DNA of 64,000 nucleotides, taken from the NCBI RefSeq assembly GCF_006345805.1, contig NC_043012.1, positions 3,100,001-3,164,000 on the forward strand, written 5' to 3'. Below, piece by piece: positions 1 through 13,552 of this stretch. Position 1 is the stretch's first letter, and the number at the start of each line of letters is the position of its first letter. The notes below the pieces were generated by a model, which was given only the letters and a program-made list of their open reading frames with translations, did no database searches and was not told the DNA's origin. A program made the translations under genes and the position numbers. This stretch comes from Octopus sinensis (lineage: Eukaryota).

Positions 1-1277
1 GTACTTAATTTATCGACCCCGAAAGGATGAAAGGCAAAGTCAACTGCAGCAGAATTTGAACTCAGAATGTAAAGACAGACGAAATACCACTAAGCATTTC
101 ACCTGGCATGCTAATGTTTCTGCCAGCTTGCCGCCTTCAAAAGATATTAAGAATAGAAAGACTTACTTGAGACTAAACAAAAACAAGTTAGCAATACTAT
201 GTTTTCCAACACACAAGTCTAAATTTTCAGGCCAAAATCTACAGCAAAAAATGGAGGTCAATTTGTACACTAAGATGACTTAGGAAAACCAAAAATTTCG
301 TGTGAAATGCAGTAGGATTTAGAACAATAGTAACAATGCTTTAATGTTTACACTACATGTTTACTCTATATACTACATTAACTTGTATGTCAGAGAATAT
401 AGCATTTGTTTCAGTGAGAGTCCTCTGAGTTTTGTCCAAATTCAGGCTTTTCCTTTCTTAATTATTTTACATTAGTTTTTTGTCCTGGGTAATAAGGTTG
501 TTTAGACAACAGAGTTGAGTGTTTGTTTAGTTTCGTTTTGTTTTGTTTTACATGAGAATTGCTGGAGAACATTGCACCATACTTGAAAGACTGTCTTGAA
601 GATGGTGTTGTGTGAAAGTAGTATTTATTTCCATCTAGGCTATGTTTGAAGTAAAGAAAGTTTTGTGTGCATTCATTGTCTACAAGGTGCAGCCCTTTGA
701 TTGTGGCAAGCTTTTTTTAAAACTGCAAATGTCTGTGGCATTGAGTTTAAAAAACATTTGCCATCATAGAAACAATTTACCAATTAAACTAAAACATAAT
801 AATTACATATTTGTAACGCTACAACAGCAGCTGCTGCTCTGGCATAACCTCTTTGAGGTTATAAACCCCCACAGCCACCATAACCATCCTTGCAATTGCT
901 TAAATGTTTGAAGCATTGCATTGTTTATAGCAGAAGAGTTGTTTTACAATTTGTTTGGATTATGTCATATCTATCTAAACACAGGAAGTGAAAAGCATGA
1001 TAGAAGACTATAAGTTGTTGAAGAGTAAAAAAAGTGAAAGTTATGAAATGTGCCAAGCCTATATTACTAATGATGCTGTTGATGTTGTTCAATGACTTAT
1101 TTTTAGTTATTATTTGTGAGTGTAAAATGACGCCAATTTCTTTTTATCTACAGTGTCTGTTTCTCATGATGTATTCAACTGGTTATTAATTTAACCCTGT
1201 TTGTTTTTCTTTGTTTTTTGTAAATTGGAATTTTTTTTTCTGTGATACTTATTCATTTCTTATTTATATATTTGCAG

Positions 1278-1615
1278 CCTTAAAGAGACAACAGAGTATG
1301 ACAAATGAACCTGACAATTTTGATTATGAGCTCGCCAAGCCTGTGTTCGATCTGGTTGACACGAGTGGTGTTACCACTGCGAGCCAAACAGATTCTACAT
1401 CAGGCAGTAGTATCCTTGAAGTAGCAACTGTTGAATGCAGCCCAGCCCATGGCCGTAGGGTATCAAATACAATCACTCCTCTCAAACTTCCGGACAACTC
1501 TCCCGGTGGCATGAGAGGACCGATTGCCTCACTGCCCAAACTCCCCGATGGCTCACCATGCAGGGAACGTGACCAGTGTGTCGGTGGAAGTGGTCCTTTA
1601 TCATCCTCATTACAG
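1278..1615 (+). CDS. SHB/SHF-like: SH2-domain adapter (SHB/SHD/SHE/SHF family), internal coding exon; first exon in window, gene 5' end lies upstream
   Basis: Acceptor tttgcag|C at 1277/1278 (phase 1) and donor CAG|GTAAG at 1615/1616 (phase 0). Open frame ALKRQQSMTNEPDNFDYELAKP...SSSLQ in GC-richer, non-repetitive sequence; phase matches the exon at 13553. Confidence 0.85.
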
Positions 1616-4073
1616 GTAAGACACAGTGTCATTTGTCCACAATTCTGTCCCCCGCCCCCACTGACCCATTAAAATCTAAAACAATATCCTTTAATGATAC
1701 AAAACACCCCCTCCCATTTCTTATGTCATTAGAATTTAGAAATTTTGCGAGATATGAAATAAACCATTTTCAACAAGGAAGCTTGAATTAGATAAAACTA
1801 TACCTGCACACAGTGTTATCCCCATTGAATCTTTTCCCCACAACATGCCATCCCTTGATCTGTGTACACTCATAATATCTCCCCACCTCCATCTTACGCC
1901 CTCTTTTTGCAATCTCATGAACTCACCCTCTCCAACTTCCAGTCCACCTCCCTATATACACTTCTCTGTAACTTGAGTGAACAGCCCCTGCTCCCCTCCC
2001 TATCATATCTTCACCCTCTCACTTTCCTCTCGCCACTCTTTCCCCACTTAAAGTAGCCATATTTCCCTCTAATGCAACACCTTCTCCCATGAGGCAGGTG
2101 CTTGGCTTCTTATCACAGAAGGATATTTTCCCATTGTAGTTTGAAGTAAAACAGGTCCAATTATTTATTTTGCTGTGCATGTTCTGTGGCCTCTGATTAG
2201 GTTCAACGGAGTCCTACTATGATCAAAAGGGGATCATTTAACACTTTAGCCTGTTTTATGCTCAAACTGGTTAGATCAGACCTCTCACACCAACCGTACA
2301 ATATCATTCTAAAAATTAAAAATTCTTTGTCAAAGCCTCAAAGCTTCAAGGTAACGCATGATTAATTCAAAAACAATGTGGCTATGTGGTAAGCAGCTTG
2401 CTTCCCAACTGCACGGTTCTGAGTTCAGTCCCACTGCATGGCATCTTAGGCAAATGTTTTCTACTATAGTCACAGGCTGATCAAAGCCTTGTGAGTGGAT
2501 TTGGTTGACAGAAACTAAAAGAAGCCTATCGTGTATATATATCATCATCATCGTTGTCGTTTTACGTCTGCTTTCCATGCTGGCATGGGTTGGACGGTTT
2601 GACTGAGGACTCGTGAGCCAGAAGTCTACACCGGGCTCAATCTGATCTGGCAAAGTTTCTACAGCTAGATGCCCTTCATAACGCCAACCACTCCGAGAAT
2701 GTAGTGGGTGCTTTTACGTGCCACCAGCACGAGGGCCAGTCAGGCAGTTCTGGCAACGACCACATTCAAAAGGTGTTTTTTACGTGCTACCTGCACAGGA
2801 GCCAGTCCGGTGGCACTGGCAATGACCATGCTCAAATGTTGTTTTTCATGTATAGGTAAGGCGACGCTATGTATAGTTTAATCTATTCTATGACTACTGT
2901 ATTTGTAAGTTGCCTGTGCATGTGTTTTAGATATACAACCAACACCAATATAATGTAATAATAAATTACATATATTACAAGCACTGAGTTATCTAGGCAC
3001 TGAATTATTAGTACTCCATATAGTATAGTAGTATACACTATTGTAGCAATAAAAGAAGTTAAATCTACAATCTTTCAAAATGAAGGACTGCATGTAAAGA
3101 GTTATGTTATAGTCAACAAGTTTCTTCGTGTGTGTGTGTTTGTGTCTGTGTTTGTCCCCACCATAAACACTTGACAACTGGTGTTGTTGTGCTTATGTCC
3201 CCATAACTTAACAGTTCAGCTAAAGAGAACAATAAAATAAGCACTAGGCTTAATAAATAAAAAGTATTGGAGTCGATTTATTCAACTAAAATTCTTCAAG
3301 GCAGTAATCCCAGCAAACCTGCAGTCTAATGACTGAAACAAATAAAGGAAAAGAATAGATATGCTTTACATTTAACAGAGAAATGCTAAAGAGTTAAATG
3401 ACCAGGCACAACCTACTTAATCTGTTGTTCTGGTATGTATGTATGTATCTATGTATGTATGAAGTGTGGATGTCTAGAGGTTGGCTGTCAAAGATGAAAG
3501 CAGTCCAAGTGTCTTCCCTTTTTCTGTCAAATTCAGCTGAGAGGAAGTGGCATATTTTACCTCCATCTGTGATCAATTGATGTATTACCATGATTAATTT
3601 GTCATTCTATGGAAGAAAAGATGCCAGGCTATGTATAAAGATTGCATATTACACAACAAGATGTATCTTAAAGATAAAGAACAAAACACTAGAGGAGACT
3701 GTGGCTATGGAGAAACATGTGTATATGAGTGTTTGTGTGTGTAAAGCAGAATACTTGACATCAAACTGATTGTTTGTTTCCTTTTGTGTTTGTTAGTCAT
3801 ATTTGCTAGGTCTTTAGTTTCTTCCCCTTGTCTCTATGATAAAAAGAGCAAGAGAAGTGGAGTTTTTTTGTTTTCTTTTGTCTTTCTTTACTACCGCTGC
3901 CAACCTTAATTCTAGTTGATAAGAAAGAGCATGCCATACAACTTTTCATTGTGCTAATTCAGATGCTAAACTAAAAACTTCATAGAATTAGGTATTTCTA
4001 TTTCTGTTACTTTACACAACTTGAAATTAGTCTTGACCAATCGCTTGTTTCCTGCAAAATCTAGTGACTATTT

Positions 4074-4297
4074 TTAACCCCTAGCATTTAAACCTGCCAT
4101 ATCCAGCCCAAATGCTCTCCCTGTTTCATATTCAAACCAGCCAGAGCTAGTCTCTCATACTTTCCCTATAATGTTATTCTAAAAATACACAATCATGTCA
4201 TAGAAATTTTGAACCTACAAAATAATGTATGATTAATTCAAAACAATATGAATAAATAAGGATTACATTTGATAAAATCTGAATGCTTAAGGGTTAA
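4074..4297 (-). mobile_element. piggyBac-type MITE, family 2
   Basis: TTAA|CCCCTAGCATT ... AATGCTTAAGGG|TTAA. Confidence 0.8.
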
Positions 4298-4686
4298 TGC
4301 TTGCATTTGACTTTACTGCTTAAGTACTCCTAAATTGCAACAGACATTGTCCTTGGCTCGTTAGAACATTATTCCCAGTTTAATAACATCCTTTATGTTA
4401 CTATATTGTGGCACACAGATTTTGTTTCCACTTTCTCAATCTTATTGTAGTTTCTAATACTTTCTATCTTTAAAAGTAAGAATCACTCCATTTTCCTTTT
4501 TTATAATCTGCCACGTTCATCAAAATCTGCTTTCACTATTCATCATATCACATTAAAATAGTTTTATTTCCATTGAATGAGTTCATTAGCTGTTAGAATT
4601 TCCCTCCTTTTGTTCTGAAAGTGAAATTCCCTTGTTTTTGAAGACCTTCTGCTTGCAAAGACCTGCTGAGGCAAGTGAAATTGAAA

Positions 4687-5171
4687 TTGAAATCAAATTC
4701 AATGACTGGCATCCTTGTTAGTAAAGCGCTAAGAGCACCATCTGAGCGTGATCGTTGCCAGAGCAGCAGACTGGCTTCAATGCCGGTGGCATGTAAAAAG
4801 CACCATTCGAGCGTGACAAGTGTCACCTTACTTGGCACAAGAGTCACCTTACTTGGCACTTGTGCCGGTGGCACATGAAAAAACATTTGAGTGAGGTTGT
4901 TGCCAGTGCCGCTGGACTGGCTCCTGTGCAGGTAGCACATAAAAAAACATCATTTGAGTGTGGCCGTTGCCAGTACTGTCCGACTGGCCCTCATGTTGGT
5001 GGCATGTAAACGCACCCACTACACTCTCAGAGTAGTTGGCGTTAGGAAGGGCATCCAGCTGTAGAAACTCTGTCAGACCAGATTGGAGCCTGGTGTAGCC
5101 ATCCAGTGCGCCCCCATGCTAGCATGGAAAGCGGACGTTAAACGATGATGATGATGATGATGATGATGATG
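4687..5171 (+). mobile_element. Retroposon family C with (GAT)n tail and internal tandem units (RTE-like 3' end)
   Basis: ...GTTGGCGTTAGGAAGGGCATCCAGCTGTAGAAAC...CATGCTAGCATGGAAAGCGGACGTTAAAC(GAT)n. Other copies at 2545-2850, 5190-5313, 8250-8400, 10400-10575, 17790-17950, 26150-26420, 27345-27545, 33775-34090, 49470-49790. Confidence 0.8.
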
Positions 5172-5719
5172 CCATCTGAAATCCTAAGTCATCATCATCA
5201 TTGTTTAACGTCTGTTTTCCATGCTAGCATGGGTTGGACGGTTCAACTGCGGTCTGGGAAGCCAGAAGGTTGCACCAGGCTCCAGTCTTATCTGGCAGTG
5301 TTTCTACAGCTGGCATCATAATTATTGTTTGTTTAGACTCCTACTGTTGCTTATCTTTATATAAATTGTAAGCATGACCCCTGCCCTCTACTCCTTCTTT
5401 GGGTATCAGTTACACAAATAGGAGTGCCTGTGTTTCATTGGATTACAATTTAGGACTGTGGACATTATTAACGAAAATCTAGATTTGTTGTGCAACATTC
5501 ACTTGGTGAGATTCAGTTTAAGATACTGAAATAAGAAGTGATTTGTAAAGATAGAAACATAATAATAATAACAAACACTCAGAGAGCACAAACCTCTGCC
5601 AATGCAACACCAACGTCCTCTGAACGATTAGCCAGAAATGATTTTTAAAATGAGAATATCTGAAATAAACTCGACTGCTCTCACAAATGAGAATACTAAA
5701 AATGAACCTGACCATTCTT

Positions 5720-5935
5720 GAAAATTAAGTAAAAAAACAGCAAAAATAATCCAGAATCCTTGTCCAGTACTCGATTGATCCCCAAATCTAATCAGTTTGT
5801 GTCAGTCGTGAGATCAGACATCCCTGAAAGTTTCATCTAAATTCATCCAGTGGTTCTCGAGATATCTTGTCCACAGGCAAACAAACAAATATGACTGAAA
5901 ACAATACCTCTGCCTTCGTTAAGGTGGAGGTAATA
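5720..5935 (+). mobile_element. Helentron/DINE-1-like non-autonomous element; partial second copy at about 8445-8525
   Basis: AAAGTTTCATCTAAATTCATCCAGTGGTTCTCGAGATATC...(ACAA)n...ACAATACCTCTGCCTTCGTTAAGGTGGAGGTAAT with a terminal palindrome; the 3' part recurs near 8450. Confidence 0.5.
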
Positions 5936-5984
5936 ATGATAATGATAATAATAATGGTTTCAAAGTATCCCACAAGGGCAGCCA

Positions 5985-6182
5985 TTTTGGGGAGGGGATG
6001 AGTCAATTACAACAATTCCAATATTCCACTGGAATCTATTTTATCAAACCTGAAAGAATGAAAGGTAAAGTCAACCTCGGCAAAATTTGAATTTTGAACA
6101 TAAAGACAGACCAAATGGTGCTAAGCATTTTGCTCAGCACACTAACAATTCTGCCAGCTCACTGCCTTAATAATAATAATAA

Positions 6183-6232
<50 letters not shown>

Positions 6233-6432
6233 AGCACAAGACCTGAAATTTGTGGGGAGGGGACTAGTCGATCACATCAACCCCAGTGTTTCACTGGAAC
6301 TTATTTTATTCGCCCTGAAAGAATGAAAGGCAAAGTCAACCTTAGCGGAATTTGAACTCAGAACATAAAGACAGACCAAATGCCGCTAAGCGTTTTGCTT
6401 GGTGCGCTAACAATCCAGCCAGCTCGCTGCCT
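5985..6432 (-). mobile_element. Two family A SINEs (tail type 2) separated by (AAT)/(ATT) repeats; a third at about 6800-6990
   Basis: Repeated GAAAGG(T/C)AAAGTCAACCT...TGCCAGCTC(A/G)CTGCCT. Confidence 0.8.
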
Positions 6433-6475
6433 AAATAATAATAATAATAATAATAATAATGATGATAATGATAAT

Positions 6476-6785
6476 ACACCCTCTTAAGTACAAAATAGCC
6501 CAACTATGGAAAATGAAGAAGGTGAAGATAGTGCCAATTACTGTTGGGTCCTTGGGAACATTATCAGAAGGCATCAAGAGGAATATAAAGGAAATTGGAA
6601 TAGAGTGCCCAGTAGAACTGTTAGAAAAAGGATTGCTTCCTTGGCACAACCAGAATAACCAGGAAATGTATTATATAGCTGAAAGGAGTGAATAACATGG
6701 TACTGTAGGGTTCAGGTAGCAAGCCCAGTATGCATGCAAGACTCCAGGAGCTCCAACGAAACCTGTGATAAAGAGAAATAATAAT
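6476..6785 (+). mobile_element. 5'-truncated RLE-type non-LTR retrotransposon 3' end (R4/Dong-like)
   Basis: LKYKIAQLWKMKKVKIVPITVGSLGTLSEGIKRNIKEIGIECPVELLEK, then frameshifted CFLGTTRITRK, matches the C-terminal restriction-like endonuclease end (IPIVIGALG...LLQKACLLGTARILRK). Followed by a short 3' UTR and AATAATAAT tail; preceded by (AAT)n. Confidence 0.75.
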
Positions 6786-7912
6786 GGTTTCAAAATTTGG
6801 CATAAGGCCAGCAGTTTTGAAGAAGAGGGCAAGTTGATTACATTGACTCCGGTAATCAACTGGTACTTATTTTATTGACCCTGAAAAGATGAAAAACAAA
6901 AACAGCCCCGACAGCATTTGAACACAGAATGTAAAAATGGATGAAATGCCACTAAGCATTTCTCCTGGCGTGCCAACAATTCCGTAAGAAGGAGGAGGAA
7001 CTGTTCTTTTGATATGTTGAGTTAATGTCCTGCTCTCTCTCTCTCCACGCCACAAACATACACACAACACATACACACCTTTTTTTTTTCTATGAATTAA
7101 GTAATTTGGTGTAGGTATAATGTCAAGTAGTTGTCAGTTGATTAGACTAAGTAGAAAGTATATTAGACATCATTGAGATGTGTGTATATTTTAATGCTAC
7201 ATAAGTAGTTGTTTACTGGTTTACATTCTTGTGGGGTTTTTTTTAAGTAATAGCAACTAACAAGCTAAGAATACAGATGACTGAGTTCAACATTTCTTTT
7301 ATTTATATTTAAACATTAAATTGTTTACAATCACTTGGAAATGAAATGTCACTGTGGAAGTTTTTCTTGATGTGTAGCCTTGTTTTAGTGTTATTAATAT
7401 ATATGACCTCCTCATTAAAGCAGTGGATAGGCAGAAATATTAGAACACCAGGACATCTGACAAAATGCCTTGCATTAGTTAGCTGTGGTCAGCTTTGCCA
7501 GCCAAGGTTATTTCCTGTCATTCTGAACTGTGTCTAAACTCTCATCAACAAAAGACAAAAGAAAACTTTCCCCTCTCACAAAAGAAAACCTTTGTTTTTG
7601 AACATCAGAAATTCCTATTAAGTTATCTCTACAGATTTTCTACAGAATTTAGAGCCAGCACTGAAAGTTACAATGTTTCATGTATATGAATACATCCATG
7701 TAAACAAAACAATCACAGATAGGAAAATAGGTAATGGTTGTATATACATATTTTAGGAGTTCTTGCTCCTTCTTCAGTATCACATCCGACCCATTAACCA
7801 TCCACAAACACATTGCTTAAATAGCCACTAAGTTTAGTGGTTTCACACTATTGGATTGACTAATTTTACATATTAAACACATTCCTGGCAACTGCTGTGT
7901 AAATATTAATTG

Positions 7913-8044
7913 CTGGTAGAGACACCGTATTTTGTTTTGCAACCATAGTATACTAATAAGTGTATTATATACAGATTTATAAGTCGATACTGTGTCCTAT
8001 TTTTTGTGTTATGGTTGCAAAATGGAATATGGTGTCCCTACCAG
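7913..8044. mobile_element. 132-bp fold-back (hairpin) MITE-like element
   Basis: CTGGTAGAGACACCGTATTTTGTTTTGCAACCATA versus the reverse complement of the right end, CTGGTAGGGACACCATATTCCATTTTGCAACCATA (35-bp imperfect arms). Confidence 0.65.
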
Positions 8045-9093
8045 GATTTAATCAGAAACTTCTTTCCTGTCAACATACAAATTTAGAACACTAACTTTAC
8101 TGTTTTATATATATAAGTGGATGGCATTAGGAAGGGCATCTGTCCATAGAAACCATGCTGAAACAGACAGGGAGCCTGAACAACTATTCAACTGATTAGC
8201 TTCTCTCAAACTGTTCAACCCATGCAAGCATAGAAAACAGACATTAAAAAGCACCCACTACACTCACGGAGTGGTTGGCGTTAGGAAGGGCATCAAGCTA
8301 TAGAAACACTGCCAGATCAGACTGGAGCCTGGTGCAGCCTCCTAGCTTCCCAGACCCCGGTCGAACCATGGAAAACGGATGTTAAACGATGATGATGATG
8401 ATATACACACACATATACAGTTGTACTGGCTTGGCAAGGAATTTAAGATATCTTATCCACAGACAAACAAACAAACAAACAAATATGACTGAAAACAATA
8501 CCTCTGCCTTCACTAAGTTGTCGATAATAAATTAAGCCTGTCAGGTGTGTTCTATGTTACAAATCAGCCTGTAGGTTTTCACTTTCAAAGATGGATTGAA
8601 TATAAATAGAATCCATTACTTGAAAAAGTGGTAAACATTTGCAACAAGAAGGGCAGTGCTTCAATATGCATTGGTCCAACCCATGCTTGCATGACCCAGG
8701 ACCATTGTAGATAACACTTGCTCAAGATGCAGTGTGGGACTGAACCTGAAACTACATGATTGCAGGGCAAACCTACTAACTGCATAACCATACCTACATC
8801 TATTATATTTATATTTTCTTTAAAGAAAATTATTTATATTCTTAGTTTCTAGTCCCCTTTTACCACTATAATTCTAAGAGACCCCTTTCACAGCTATAAT
8901 TCCCTAAAAGACCGTTTTCTCATTTATAATTCTAAAAGTTTTATGTTTGACATAAATAGCAGTTGATGAGAATAACCGTCACTCTAGTGGTCAGTTCAGT
9001 CATTAACAAGGGGGAGATAAATTAGAGTACAATTTGGTTAAGCCTGATGGAGATGGTAAAGGCTTCACAAAATATTTTGAATCTTCTTTTTCA

Positions 9094-9107
<14 letters not shown>

Positions 9108-9165
<58 letters not shown>
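9108..9165. repeat. (CT)n microsatellite
   Basis: Direct read; similar tracts at about 23685-23730 and 43865-43900. Confidence 0.95.
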
Positions 9166-9167
<2 letters not shown>

Positions 9168-10008
9168 TTCTTTATCCCTCTCTGTCTGTATTTATCTATC
9201 TATTTATCTAAATAATTGGCCTGTAGAAGTTTTGTAAAGTATTTTAACCCCACCCCACCTACATACAGAAAAATGTTAAACATTCAGGATTACTTACCCA
9301 AGCAGTTAATTTCGTTTTCCTGTTTATCAATCATTATTATTATTATTACTACTACTGCTACTACTACTACTACTATTTTTATTATTATTATAAATACTAT
9401 TATTTCTTTCCTTTTAATACCATCATCCCCCCCCCCAAGTCACATGTATCTGTGACATTCATGTTGAAAGTTTCTGAAGTTTATTTTCAATTTATCAATG
9501 TTCCTAAACCTCATTATGGCCTGCTATTTACTGTTCCAAATTTGATAATCTGTTCTTGTGCGCACACTCATTCAGGTGCTGAGCAACATTTCATCGAAGA
9601 AAAAACATTGTTCCATATTATGAGCGTTTCTGTTCCCATTTGTGTGTGTGTGTGTGTGTGTGTGTGCATATGCCTGTATATGTGTGCATACATGTCTGTA
9701 TGTGTGTGAATGCATGTGTGCATATATATGTAGGTACAGGTGTGTGCGTGCGTGTGTAAATGTGTGTATGTATATGTACATGTGCATGCGTATATCTATA
9801 TGTATCTGTGTAAATATATACATGTGTGTGTGTGTGTGGTTTGTCTAAGTCCCAGTTCTGGTAACAATTTAATTTAGAAATTGTGCTTACGTGTGTTTGT
9901 TATTGAATTACAAAATAGTTGGGTCTGTGTGGTATTTGCTGACATTTCCAAGCTAATTTTGTGTGCTTGAATCTTTGACTTTTGATAATTAGTTAAAATT
10001 ATGGGCCT

Positions 10009-10054
<46 letters not shown>

Positions 10055-11487
10055 AAAGCCCATCACTACAACTGTGTATGTGTGATGGTGTAGGTGCATG
10101 GCATAGTGGTTAGGATGTTGCACTCATTATTGCAAGATTGTAGTTTCAATTCCCAGACCAGCACTGCATTGTGTTCATAAGCAAAATACTCCTTTTCGTG
10201 TAAACAGGTGATCCTGCTAAGGACCAGCCTTCCCCCCAGCAATAATGTTGACCTGCCTGCATAGCTAGCAGGGTAGCATCATTTGAAAACTACAACAATG
10301 TGAGGAAGTGCACTGTGACCAGCCATGTATAACAACTTTTGATTGTCTGGTCAATGCAGTGACAGACAGACAGACATAATGTTATTGAGTGCTGGTGTCA
10401 TATAAAAGGCATGCAGTCCACACTGTAAAGTGGTTGGCATTTGAAAGGGCACCCAGCTGTAAAAACGATGCCAAAGTAGACACAGAAGTCTGGTGCGGCC
10501 TTCTGCCTAACCAGTTTCTGTTAAACCATCCAACCCATGCCAGCATGGAAAGCAGACATTAAACACTGATGATAATGATGCTGATTATGATGATGATGAC
10601 TGCACATACTCAGTGTATGTATTTTGTTTGTTCAGTGGTATGCTATGGGTTGGCACAGTGGGGATGACTCCACTCAAGCACTGGGTGTTAAAACAGCCAA
10701 AAGTTATAGTCAGACGAGACAATCCAAAATGGGTAGTGGCATGGATTTGAACAACAATAAGAAAAGGTGTGTTAATTGCCATACGTAGTAAACACTTTGA
10801 TTTATTGACATTATCTCCACTTTTATATAAAATAAAAGTAATTGCCTAATGACATTTCAGTCCAACTCTAAATGAGAAGGGGAGATAATCTGAAGAATCA
10901 AGAATTCTCTAGAATTGACATGCCCTTAAAGGGAAGACAGTCTGATAGTCTGTAACAAGAGGATAGCTGTGTGCATGTGTTCCTGTCTCAATAAACATCA
11001 TCAGTACTGAAATTGTCCTACCTTTGATTCCTGCGTAAGATGACACTTAAACATACACATCAAGAGTAGAGTGCACTTATTGCCCTGGGTAATTTGCATA
11101 AATTAAAATAGAAGTCACTTTTGTAGAAGACAGTTGCTCTGAAGTGCATCACGGTGAGATTGAACCATGTTGCGAAGCAAATTTCTTAACTATGACGCAG
11201 CCGTGCTTTGATTACATCAGCAAACCTTATATATCTTGTGTTTTTTTATTTGTTTTCCCTTGTGGAGCCATTGGAGTGAGGCCATGCTACGACACTGCCT
11301 TGCAGGGCTTTGTCAAACAAATCAGCCCCAGTGCTTAATTATTTTTTAAAGTCTGGTGCTTATTCTGTCAGTCATTTTTGCCAAACTGTTAAGTTACGGG
11401 ATCATAAACAAACCTAAATCAGATGTCAAGCAATGGTGCTGGTGAGACATACAAACACACACACACACACACACACAAGTATGTATG

Positions 11488-11529
<42 letters not shown>

Positions 11530-13552
11530 AGGGGTCCACACAGTTTTTGGCTATCAAATTCACTCATACAGCATTGGTTGGCCTGGGGCCCAGTAGAAGA
11601 CACTTGCTCAAGGTGCTGCACACCTGGATGGAACCTGAAATCATGTGGTTGGGAAGTAAAATCCTTACCCACATAGCCATTCCTGCACCTAAGAAAACAT
11701 AGAGAAAAAAAAATAAGCAAAAAAAAAAAAGAACAATACAAACTTTTTTTTACAAATAATGTCATTTGATATTTTCAGTTTGTATCTGCAATTAGGTTTT
11801 GTTTCTTCAGTTAAATCCTTCATTGCTATGTTTCTGATTAACTATACTTTTAATTAATTTTGCAAATGTTTGGATTTAGTAAGTAACTAACCTTGCCAGT
11901 AGTCATTTGGTGTTTTAGAACATAATTTAACAAAAGAAATGGTATATGAAATTATGTTGGAAGGTCTTTCTTTAAATAGAAACACTTTAAACCACCAGGT
12001 TTGGTTTCTTAGAACAAGGAGTGATTTCAGGTGTGTTGGTTGGTATTTAAGTTAATGACATTTAACTTCTCTTATTACACTGTGTTCCTTAAGGAAAGGC
12101 ATGAACTTCACAACCTCTCATTTCCAATCCTTTAAGTATGTCATCCATAATTCTTACGAAGAGAAATGATTTTGAGTAAATATTACAAAAATTTGTTGCA
12201 ATTGGTTTCTAAGATATTAGCACCTGGTCTCTCAGTTGAGGGAGTTCAGTTGTGATATTTGTTCTAACTCTTAACATTGTGAGTTCAAATTCTACTAGGG
12301 TGAACTTAGCCTTTCATCCTTCCAGGATTAGTTTAATCTGCTGATACTGATGTCTCCTGGGTGACTTGTACCTGTTCATTTGTGTTGTCTTGTTTCTCCT
12401 GTGAAATTTCTTGTGAGTCGTGTAGCTGCGTGTGATGGCTCCGTTATTATTACAGCTGCTGTGATGCACTGGGGGTAATGCAGTAAGTTCTTTGAAAAAG
12501 TAAATCCACAACTCAGTTCTGATTGTCTGTTGGCACTAACTACCATTTACTCTGCCCCAGGAGATGAAAGGAAAGATTTGCAGTGTCACTATACCCAAAA
12601 TTCTAATGCTTCTTAATTATTCATTTATACTCTTGGTTCCACCCTCCTCCCTCTTTTATCCTTATCACCCCAGTTCTCTCATCATCTTAAGGTACTGACA
12701 TAAGGGACCTCATCAGATTTGCATGCACCCCATAGAATCTACCTGCACTCCCTCATGAATATTTGATATCAACACCCATCATTCACTCTCATTTATCCAC
12801 CTCTTGCTATTCCTCACTCTCTCGTCTCTGTCTTCCCTAGTGCTGGGGCCCATGATAAAAGTGCACCCAGTACACACTGTTAAGGGTGGGGCTGGGGCAG
12901 AGTGCTTAGTCTTGTGGAAAACTTGACAACCAGATGATGGTAATGGGGAGTGTGTAGAGGTGGTGGTGTTGGTGGTGGCGGCAGCAGCAGTGGTGGATGA
13001 CTCTGAGATTGGAAAGTACCAAGCTAGTTATTTGACTATTTGTGGTTTTCTCTTTGTTTTAAGTTCAAATCCTAGCAACATTGTCTTTCATCTTTTCATC
13101 CCTTTTCATCACCCATTAAATTTCTCCTCACAGAAGTATGTCACTTTTTTGGTCAAAATGAATACAGTTCAAAATAACTCATAAATTGTTAAATCAGTGA
13201 CATGGTTGGCTTATTTATTTATTTATTTTATTAACATTTTATCAACTCTCAAATATATTTTTTTTTTCCTTACGTAATTGGTCTGAAATGTTTTTAATTT
13301 CTTGTCATAGATATAGATAAACCTTTATTATTATGGTTCTACCTAAGCTGGCAGAATTGTTAGCATGCCAGGCAAAATACTTAGCAATGTTTGATCACAC
13401 ACGATAACTTCAAAAAGCCTTTACTATTTTACATTTTTCAGTCCAAGAGTTGCGGCCATCCTGGGGTCCCATTGTTAAATGTAATCTCTATTGATGTAAT
13501 GTAATGTTTTGCTCCATCTATTGACTTTGTTTTTTGTTTCTACTTATTCAAG

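Noticed and set aside
1154-1181. Possible 28-nt micro-exon after the strong acceptor-like tttttatctacag
   Set aside because: The only available donor (G|GTTATT) is poor, and there is no homology support from sequence alone.
1324-1632. Antisense ORF over the first SH2-gene exon (also 13677-14030)
   Set aside because: Shadow ORFs of GC-richer coding exons; no independent evidence.
12456-12482. Possible 27-nt cassette exon (tacag|CTGCTGTGA...GCA|GTAAGT) in the SH2 gene intron
   Set aside because: Weak polypyrimidine tract and an in-frame TGA in the required phase; cannot be supported without RNA data.
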